In this document: positions 57,102 to 64,000 of the stretch, piece after piece
How positions within the stretch are numbered: position 1 is the stretch's first letter
How the letters are laid out: the number at the start of each line of letters is the position of its first letter
Origin: Poseidonia sp.
Lineage (GTDB): Archaea; Thermoplasmatota; Poseidoniia; Poseidoniales; Poseidoniaceae
Assembly (NCBI GenBank): GCA_965661285.1
Contig: CBFIDD010000004.1
Location: 1-64,000, forward strand
Direction: 5' to 3'
Length of the DNA: 64,000 nucleotides
The notes under the pieces: model-generated
Databases searched by the model: none
Seen by the model: only the letters and a program-made list of their open reading frames with translations
What the model was told of the DNA's origin: nothing
Made by a program: the position numbers and the translations under genes

Positions 57102-57848
57102 ATGAAGATGAAAGCCATCTTGGTCGCTGGCGGCCACGGTTCCCGTCTCCATCCGTTTACGCACTTCACGCAGAAAACACTCCTGCCGCTGCACGACCGT
57201 CCCGTCATTGACTACGCGCTCGGTACCATCCGCCGGGCGGGGATCAGGGACATCACCATCATTTCCAACCGATTTGTCGGTCAAATCGCCAGCCATGTTG
57301 GCCAAGGCCTTCCGGGCGAACGCATCCACTATGTCATCGAAGAGGAGCCGAAAGGCGTCGCTCATGCCCTCAACCTCGCACGCCCTTACAACGAAAACGC
57401 CCGTTTGATGGTCTATTTCTCCGATAACATCACGACCATCGAATTTGGCGAACACGTTGAGGCGTTCAAAGCCTCAAAACACCCTCCGGGTTGTGTGCTC
57501 ATCGCCCGCGAAGAGGAGCATCCCGAAGCGTTTGGCGTTGCCGTATTGGACGACCAAGGTGGCATTTGTGATATCGTCGAGAAGCCTTCAAACCCGCCTT
57601 CGAACCTCGCCATCGGTGGTATCTACCTGTTTGATAAGCGGTTTTGGAAATACCTCGATGCTGCTTCAAATGAGTGCGGGGCTTCGTTCTCCATCTCTGA
57701 CATCACCCGGACCTACGTGAAGCAGGGAGAGGCGAAAGTGGTCTCGGTAGGCAAAGAAACCTGGGTCGATTGCGGGACGCCGGATTCCCTTTTGCAGGCT
57801 TCCGTCATGGCCAAAGAAGGTAAGTTGGACCCAAAACCGCACCGATAA
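57102..57848 (+). CDS. Sugar-1-phosphate nucleotidyltransferase (RmlA/GlmU-N-like)
   Basis: AGG.GSRL.P.T....K.LLP, P.GVAHAL, SDN, IVEKP..P.SNLA..G.Y, WVDCGT. Confidence 0.92.
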   Translation: MKMKAILVAGGHGSRLHPFTHFTQKTLLPLHDRPVIDYALGTIRRAGIRDITIISNRFVGQIASHVGQGLPGERIHYVIEEEPKGVAHALNLARPYNENARLMVYFSDNITTIEFGEHVEAFKASKHPPGCVLIAREEEHPEAFGVAVLDDQGGICDIVEKPSNPPSNLAIGGIYLFDKRFWKYLDAASNECGASFSISDITRTYVKQGEAKVVSVGKETWVDCGTPDSLLQASVMAKEGKLDPKPHR

Positions 57849-57863
57849 CGAGGAGGAAGCCAC

Positions 57864-58688
57864 ATGAAAATAGGAATTATTGGAGCAGGCATGGTCGGTG
57901 GCGCGATTGAACATTGCTTTGGTCACGCCCACGAACTCTTCGTTCACGACCCGGCTCGAGGAACATCGCTCAGCGATGTCGTCGAACATGTTGACATGGC
58001 ATACATCGCAGTCCCTACGCCGCCCCATCCCGAAACGGGTGCGTGTGACACACACATTGTGGAGGAGGTACTGGATGCGCTCCCTGAGGGCTTTACCGCG
58101 GTCATCAAAAGCACCGTTGTTCCTGGGACTACGCAACTGTACCACGAACGGTACAGCCACCTCAAAATCGCCTATTCTCCTGAGTTTTTGGTGGAGCGGA
58201 GACGTCTCGAGGATTTTGCCAATCAAGACATTCTGGTAGTGGGCACCCATCACAAGGATGTGGCGGAACTGGTCTTCAAGCATCACAACGAAGCGGGCGT
58301 CATGCGCAAAGAGCAGTTCTTCCAGGTGTCTCCAACACAGGCTGAATTGGTCAAGTACACAAAAAACACGTTTTACGCTCTCAAGGTCACGTTTGCCAAT
58401 CAAATGTACGATATCTGCCAGGCGATGGGCCAAGACTGGTATGCCATCCGAGACATCATCACGGCTGACCAAGCCCAACCCATCGGGCCTTCCCACCTCG
58501 ACCCCATCTTCGGCCTTCGCAGAGGGTTTGGAGGCAAATGCTTGCCCAAGGACAGTTCGGCGCTTGGTGTGCTCGCCGACGAACTCGGCGTCAAGTACGC
58601 CATCATGGACGCGATGCAGTCGGATAACGCTGTGCTTCGGGACATCTTGACCGGCAAGCCAAGCGACGTGATCACCAATGATGACTGA
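57864..58688 (+). CDS. UDP-glucose/GDP-mannose dehydrogenase family, short form
   Basis: [46 protein letters not shown] (catalytic Cys). No C-terminal domain. Confidence 0.88.
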   Translation: MKIGIIGAGMVGGAIEHCFGHAHELFVHDPARGTSLSDVVEHVDMAYIAVPTPPHPETGACDTHIVEEVLDALPEGFTAVIKSTVVPGTTQLYHERYSHLKIAYSPEFLVERRRLEDFANQDILVVGTHHKDVAELVFKHHNEAGVMRKEQFFQVSPTQAELVKYTKNTFYALKVTFANQMYDICQAMGQDWYAIRDIITADQAQPIGPSHLDPIFGLRRGFGGKCLPKDSSALGVLADELGVKYAIMDAMQSDNAVLRDILTGKPSDVITNDD

Positions 58689-59151
58689 GGTCCTTAACTG
58701 GCTCGACCAGCGGGTTCCGCGTGGTTCAATCGTACGATTCGGCATGGCGGGTGGGTTCAACAGCACGGTGTTCTATTTCATGTGGAGTCTCTTTCTGGAG
58801 GCGTCATCCACCATCGATGTTGAGATTCTGTGGGGGGTCTGCTGGGGAGTGACCGGTGTGCTCGCACATTTCGTTCATCGCTGGTTCACCTTCGACGACC
58901 GAAAACCCGTGTCATGGACCTTGCCCTCCGCCGGTCCCGTTTACTTCATCGGCTTGGTCGGCTCAAGCGCCTCCATCGGTTATATCGAGGATATGTTCCC
59001 GGAGAACGTACGAATTCTTGGCGCGTTCAACCTGCTCGCATGGGGCGTTCTCACCTGGTTGATGATGCGATTCTGGGTCTTCCAGTATGCCCCCGGGGAA
59101 AAGAATACAACATCTACAGAGCGTGCGTCTCCAACACATCAAGAGGAATGA
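58678..59151 (+). CDS. GtrA family membrane protein
   Basis: [21 protein letters not shown]; four TM helices. Confidence 0.85.
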   Translation: MMTEVLNWLDQRVPRGSIVRFGMAGGFNSTVFYFMWSLFLEASSTIDVEILWGVCWGVTGVLAHFVHRWFTFDDRKPVSWTLPSAGPVYFIGLVGSSASIGYIEDMFPENVRILGAFNLLAWGVLTWLMMRFWVFQYAPGEKNTTSTERASPTHQEE

Positions 59152-59476
59152 TGTCCAACGCACGCTGGTGGGTGGCCTCGAGGTCGACCGGGCAGCCCAT
59201 GCCGGCGTTCACGGCCAGCAACCATGTTCGCGCACACACGCACCATGCGTCGCCCGGCTTCAAACCAGGAAAATTGAATCGGGGGGCAGGAGTGATGAGG
59301 TCGTTGCCCATGTCTTTTGCAAAGTGAAGAAAATCTTCGGTCAAGACGCAACACACCGTGTGGGAACCACGGTCGGCGTCATCGGTGTTGCAGCAACCGT
59401 CTCGGTACCATCCCGTGAGAGGTGACTCAGAACACGATTCCAATTTTGTTCCAAGGACGTTCACGCTCGGGTCCAT
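59114..59476 (-). CDS. DUF2237 family protein
   Basis: NVLG..LE.CS..PLTG.YRDGCC, H.VC, GNDLITP, GLKPGD.WC.CA..W, L.ATH. Confidence 0.92.
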   Translation of the reverse strand: MDPSVNVLGTKLESCSESPLTGWYRDGCCNTDDADRGSHTVCCVLTEDFLHFAKDMGNDLITPAPRFNFPGLKPGDAWCVCARTWLLAVNAGMGCPVDLEATHQRALDIIPLDVLETHAL

Positions 59477-59523
59477 AGGTGTGTTGGGGAGAAGAGACCC
59501 TATCAACGCTTGTTCGGCTCACT

Positions 59524-59850
59524 TCATCGGCCAAAACGGCGTTTGAGGCGCTGGAGCCACGGGGTTTTCGCTCTGGGTTCTGCTCGCCCCAGGAGGACAT
59601 CGAGTTCGCCGGACTGCTCAAGGTTGACCAGGTCATCAAACCCACCCACGTTCTCACCGTTGATGATGATTTGAGGGACGGTTCTCGCACCCGATGTCGC
59701 CCGTGCGTAGGCGCGCTGGATCACGGGGTCATTTTTCAGTCGTCGCTCTTTGTAGGTCACGCGTTTTCCATCGAGGAGTTGTTTTGCTCGAACACATGCA
59801 GCGCAACCGCGCCCGGTCCAAACCACAATCTCGAGGTCCTCCCTCGGCAT
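59524..59850 (-). CDS. Glutaredoxin
   Basis: CAAC, AK.LL, TVPQI.I.G..VGGFDDL. Start re-assigned to MPREDL. Confidence 0.88.
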   Translation of the reverse strand: MPREDLEIVVWTGRGCAACVRAKQLLDGKRVTYKERRLKNDPVIQRAYARATSGARTVPQIIINGENVGGFDDLVNLEQSGELDVLLGRAEPRAKTPWLQRLKRRFGR

Positions 59851-59944
59851 GGCGTTCGGTCCTCGGCCCGGTGTTTCAAAATTTGGGGGTGGGCGGGGGT
59901 TTCCTCCGTTGGGTTCATTGGGTAGAAGCGCCCAAACATTTCCA

Positions 59945-60376
59945 ATGCTACCCGATACGGTCCACAAACTCCCGAGAGAACAACGGTTTGCCTATGCTCG
60001 CCTGCTCGCCTTCATGGCACGAATTGACAACGAATTGACCGTTGACGAGATGGCCATGTTTGAACAACGCTTGGGTACTGCGTTGCTCTCTCCAGGGCAA
60101 CGGGACGCCATCCGTGCGGCCCTCAAGAATCCTCCAAGCCTCGAAGAATGCTTGGCCGAACTTTCCGGAGAAGCGGGTCGACTCGCCCTTCGGGATGCTG
60201 TTATGATGGCAGCAGCCGACGGTACGGTTGACGAAGACGAGCGCGATGCACTCGAAGACATCTCCGAACACCTTGGATTGAAGGAAAAAGCGGTTGAGGA
60301 ACTCCTCCACTGGACGGTCAAAGGTTACAAGTGGATGAAGGAAGGGTACGAACTGCTCGATTCGCTCGAGGAATGA
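59945..60376 (+). CDS. TerB-fold protein
   Basis: MARIDNELTVDE and MAAADGTVDEDE...L..I...LGL (two A.DG....E motifs). Confidence 0.85.
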   Translation: MLPDTVHKLPREQRFAYARLLAFMARIDNELTVDEMAMFEQRLGTALLSPGQRDAIRAALKNPPSLEECLAELSGEAGRLALRDAVMMAAADGTVDEDERDALEDISEHLGLKEKAVEELLHWTVKGYKWMKEGYELLDSLEE

Positions 60377-60382
60377 GGGCGC

Positions 60383-60805
60383 ATGTTCCCTGACGGGATG
60401 CTCCAGCGTTCTTCTCAAGAGCGCATACGATACGCCCAGGTTTTGGTCTACATCGCCGCTGCCGACGGTGCGCTGGTGAGGGAAGAGATCGCCATGATCG
60501 AATCGATGATGGGAAGGGCAATGTTGCATCCCGAGTCGAGGATTACGGTTCGAGCGGGGTTCGAGCAACCCGTTCCTCTCGAACAATCCATTGCCGACAT
60601 CGACCCGGAATTTGCCCAAGTTATGCTCCGAGATGCAGCCCTTGTGGCTGCGGTTGACGGCGCCTACGACCGGAAGGAATTGACCGCCCTTCGGAAGATT
60701 GCGAAAGTGGGCAAGGTCTCACCCGACCAACTCTCTGACCTGCTCGATTGGGTGGCTGAGGGATGGAATTGGTTCGAAAAGGGTCTTGGGATTTTGGTCA
60801 AATAA
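60383..60805 (+). CDS. TerB-fold protein (tandem paralog)
   Basis: IAAADGALVREE and VAAVDGAYDRKE; shares LRDA and W...G..W...G with the upstream paralog. Confidence 0.85.
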   Translation: MFPDGMLQRSSQERIRYAQVLVYIAAADGALVREEIAMIESMMGRAMLHPESRITVRAGFEQPVPLEQSIADIDPEFAQVMLRDAALVAAVDGAYDRKELTALRKIAKVGKVSPDQLSDLLDWVAEGWNWFEKGLGILVK

Positions 60806-60869
60806 TCGCCATTTTCCATCCTTTCGTCAAGAGACATCTTCAAAGAGAGAAAGCCGTCACGTCGGTTTG

Positions 60870-62873
60870 GTGGGGACATTGCAAAACGGGGTTAGTGGAT
60901 GGTATGCACGATTGGACCGATGTCTCGACAACCGCGAACAACAAATTGACATTTGGTTGAACACGTGGGAAAAATCACTTCGCTCTTTCCAACCCATCGC
61001 CGCCCTTCTCCCTGAAGACTGGCCCACGCTCCCAGCCAACCTGTTGACCGACCCCGGTCACGTCCTCGACCATCTCCTCGCCCGCCACGATGCGGAGTCC
61101 GACGGACGCTCCCCCCGAGGCGCACACCCCACGCCACCACGACTGGCTGATGCCGTGATTTGCTCGGAGATGAAGGACAACTTGGTGAATCCAAAAAAGC
61201 CCGTCCAACAATCAAATTTCCTGATGAGTAACCTGCCACCCGGATTCCGACAACACGTCGAGCGCCTCAACCTCCCCAAGGCCACACAAGACAGCGACGT
61301 GAACGACGAAGCCGAACGCAAAGCTGTTTCACAGAACAAGCGTACGCTCAGCGGCATCCCCTTGCCGATCGCCGACACCGCCGCGGGTGGAGGCTTGTTT
61401 CACGCTCGCCTTATTCGACGCCTCGCTGATGCGCACGAAGACGCCGACCTTGAACTGCGAAAAGAAGACACACGGCGTCTCTTCTCCAACATCCAGCTGC
61501 TCGATGTGGACCCGTTGGTGGTCAAGAGCACCAAACATCGTCTTCTGCTCGAATCCATCCGCCACGAACTCGTGAGTTTTGGCCCCGAAACCCCCGGAAA
61601 AATTTCCCGAAAGGAAATGGAGGCGCTGTTGGATGATGGCGTCAAGCAAGGCGACGCCCTCCAAGGCGAATGGCCTTGGACCACACCCCCCGCACTGGTG
61701 CTGACCAACCCACCGTGGTTGCGCATCAAAGACCGATTCCGTGGAATGGAAGATGGAAGTCAGTTGCGAAAGGAACTGGGCGAGCGCCTGCGAGGTCTGA
61801 CCGACAACGGCACGCCCCGCTTTTCCACCATGCGAGGTAACGTCAACCTCTACCGTCTTTTCATCGAGCGAAGCCTGCAAATCTTGCAAAAAGGAGGACG
61901 GCTCCGAATCATCGCCCCCGACAGCCTCCTGCGAGAGCAGTCCTCCCATCCCCTTCGAGAGTTGCTCGTGAAGCACCACGGCTGGACCCACGCTTGGGCC
62001 ATCGAGGAAGCCAACCTATTGTTCCCCGGCATGACGCAAGGCGTTGTGGTGCTGGGCATCACGGCCCAGGGCGACGCCCCTGTCCTCAATCTCCACGGCC
62101 CCATCACGCGCGCCGACCTCCGCAAGGAAGGCGAAGGGCTCTCCTCCCGCGTCCCCGTGTTCCAACTGGAGGAGGAACGTTGGGTTTCGTGGGCTCGAGA
62201 CACCTGGGCCGTGCCTCGCCTTCCTCGAGACCGAGTGGAGCGCGCGCACACGCTGAAGGTGCTCGACCGTCTTGCCAACCTCCCCCGATTGAGTGATGAG
62301 GAACACCCGCTCACCACCAACGATCGCCAAGTCCGCGTTCGTGTTGGGGAGATTGACCAAACAGCGCACGCCAAAAACATCGAAACGTGGGTGAAGGGAA
62401 AGCGGAGTCGCCCGTTTATTCGTGGCGTCCATTTCTCAGAAAGTGAGGATGGGCAGGTGTTCATTCGCCACCCTGCCTTCCGGACCGACATTCCATCGAG
62501 GGCCAGCGAGCGACAGTTGGCGATGTGGATCGGCGAAGACCATCCTGCCTACGGCCCTCGTCTTGCCTGTCAAGCCATCGTCAACGCTCACCAAGAGCGT
62601 CGATTGCGCTGGGCTGTCATCCCAGAAGGAAGCGTGCTTGGCAACAGCGTCAACCACATTGAACTCCACGACGACATTCAGGAGCGCCTTGTGAGCGACC
62701 ATACCACCATCGAGAATGGCCTCCAGTGGCTCTGCAGTCACCTCAACAACAACGATTTGGATGAATGGGCTCGTGCTTGGGCAGCAAACAACAACGTCAA
62801 CAACTACGAGTTGGAGATGCTCCCCGTCGAATTGCCCGACTCGTTTCCACAATTCGGCACTGTCGCCCCTTGA
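60870..62873 (+). CDS. DNA N6-adenine methyltransferase, gamma class (M.TaqI/Eco57I-like), with C-terminal target-recognition domain
   Basis: Motif X GAHPTP, motif I ADTAAGGGLF, GDAL, motif IV NPPW, NLYRLFIERS...L..GG....I.P, C-terminal NNNVNNYEL..LP. Start uncertain (GTG 60870 chosen). Confidence 0.85.
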   Translation: MGTLQNGVSGWYARLDRCLDNREQQIDIWLNTWEKSLRSFQPIAALLPEDWPTLPANLLTDPGHVLDHLLARHDAESDGRSPRGAHPTPPRLADAVICSEMKDNLVNPKKPVQQSNFLMSNLPPGFRQHVERLNLPKATQDSDVNDEAERKAVSQNKRTLSGIPLPIADTAAGGGLFHARLIRRLADAHEDADLELRKEDTRRLFSNIQLLDVDPLVVKSTKHRLLLESIRHELVSFGPETPGKISRKEMEALLDDGVKQGDALQGEWPWTTPPALVLTNPPWLRIKDRFRGMEDGSQLRKELGERLRGLTDNGTPRFSTMRGNVNLYRLFIERSLQILQKGGRLRIIAPDSLLREQSSHPLRELLVKHHGWTHAWAIEEANLLFPGMTQGVVVLGITAQGDAPVLNLHGPITRADLRKEGEGLSSRVPVFQLEEERWVSWARDTWAVPRLPRDRVERAHTLKVLDRLANLPRLSDEEHPLTTNDRQVRVRVGEIDQTAHAKNIETWVKGKRSRPFIRGVHFSESEDGQVFIRHPAFRTDIPSRASERQLAMWIGEDHPAYGPRLACQAIVNAHQERRLRWAVIPEGSVLGNSVNHIELHDDIQERLVSDHTTIENGLQWLCSHLNNNDLDEWARAWAANNNVNNYELEMLPVELPDSFPQFGTVAP

Positions 62874-62983
62874 TGTGACTTGAGAAGGGGTTATTTTTCC
62901 GAATACCCGCATCCTCAAACCTAGATTTTATAGCAAATGCACCGCTGGATTCGGATGCGCACTCTTTGGAGGATGAAGAAAGA

Positions 62984-63565
62984 ATGGGAGTTCATCCAAA
63001 AATTGGCATCACGGGGCTGCCTCGAAGCGGTAAGTCGGCGGTGATGGAAAAGGTCCTTGAAATGCTCTTGGATGAGCGCAAGCGCGAAATTTCAATGCGT
63101 GGTGGTTCCAGCGAAGGCGCCATCATCGGTGGGGTGCGGACCGAGCCGCTGCTTGAGAACGGCGAACGAATGGGCTACAAAATCATCGATATTGTCTCGG
63201 GCGAAGAAGGCGTGATCGCCCACAAGGGCATTGATTCTCGTCTCCGTGTTCTCGGCTACGGTATTGACACGGAAGAATTGGACCGCGTGGCCCTGCCCGC
63301 CATCGACCACGCTCAGCATCACTGCGAAGTCCTCGTCATCGATGAAATCGGAAAATTCTCGGTTGAATCCGAAGCCTTCGTTCAGGCCGTTCGGGCGGCC
63401 TTGGAGGTTGACATGCCGACCTTGCTCACCCTTCACAAGAAAAGCCGTCATCCACTGTTGCAAGACATTCGCCGCCGTGATGACGGGCGAATTCTTGAGG
63501 TCACGCCCGTAAACCGAGCGCTGCTGCCGTACAAGATTCACAAGCTCATGCGCGAAACCTACTGA
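62984..63565 (+). CDS. Nucleoside-triphosphatase, THEP1 family
   Basis: ITGLPRSGKS, GG..T.......ER.G, IDEIGK, TLH, NR; TTTTATA box at about 62927. Confidence 0.9.
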   Translation: MGVHPKIGITGLPRSGKSAVMEKVLEMLLDERKREISMRGGSSEGAIIGGVRTEPLLENGERMGYKIIDIVSGEEGVIAHKGIDSRLRVLGYGIDTEELDRVALPAIDHAQHHCEVLVIDEIGKFSVESEAFVQAVRAALEVDMPTLLTLHKKSRHPLLQDIRRRDDGRILEVTPVNRALLPYKIHKLMRETY

Positions 63566-63960
63566 TGGCGGATGTTCAGCATCGGTTGGTTCATGGGGCA
63601 ACGTGCGCTGGCCATTTCATGCACCCACCGAGTGTCGCCGTCGAGCGCCTTCTGTATGGCACGGGTGTGGGCTTCCTGCTGGGCATCGGGTTTGGTTTGC
63701 AATCGGGTCGGACGCTTGGTGCAACGCCTCCCGTGATGGAGGTGTTCATCGGGGCCGCCGTGCTTTTCTTCGTCCTCGGGTGGACCATAGGCAACGGCAC
63801 CGGACCGCTCGCACGTTGGTTTTCGCACGAGACCGAGGCCGACATGGCTCGGCGCGTGCGCTCAGAAATCGATGAGGTCCAACGCTCCGAAGACGTGACG
63901 TCGAAGTGGGCTGAACTCGAGGCCAAGGTATTAACACATGATTTAGGCGAGGAAGTCTGA
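63565..63960 (+). CDS. Hypothetical two-TM membrane protein
   Basis: Start overlaps the upstream stop; two hydrophobic helices and an acidic C-terminal tail. Confidence 0.7.
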   Translation: MADVQHRLVHGATCAGHFMHPPSVAVERLLYGTGVGFLLGIGFGLQSGRTLGATPPVMEVFIGAAVLFFVLGWTIGNGTGPLARWFSHETEADMARRVRSEIDEVQRSEDVTSKWAELEAKVLTHDLGEEV

Positions 63961-64000
63961 ATCGTACATCGTAGGGTTGATGTGCGTTCGTGCCTTGGTT

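Overview
This window looks like a gene-dense, GC-rich (roughly 55-60% by eye) archaeal chromosome segment. I infer Marine Group II / Ca. Poseidoniales (Thermoplasmatota) from the mix of archaeal markers (class III-signal pilin, type II Map, FEN1 with PIP box, phosphopantothenate synthetase, THEP1 NTPase, TATA-box promoters) and many bacterial-type genes (aceE, ATP-type pckA, RhlE-like helicase, glutathione peroxidase, short topoisomerase IB, fumC, xth). The left ~3.3 kb is the edge of a lower-GC surface-glycosylation island whose boundary falls inside a glycosyltransferase gene, close to a pilin gene. One tRNA-Arg(TCG) is present. I see no rRNA, CRISPR array, transposase or integrase. The most notable observations are: (1) a class II fumarase with an N-terminal ribbon-helix-helix-like extension, an inverted repeat around its TATA box, and a bacterial/poxviral-type TopIB directly upstream; (2) a shared TTTATTAnnTGCCGAT promoter motif that recurs as an inverted pair in an AT-rich patch inside hflX; (3) a 59-aa Hc1/histone-H1-like gene missed by the ORF track; (4) tandem TerB genes followed by an orphan adenine methyltransferase; (5) a beta-propeller ending in a MIM1-like helix. 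All calls come from reading motifs by eye; no database searches were run.
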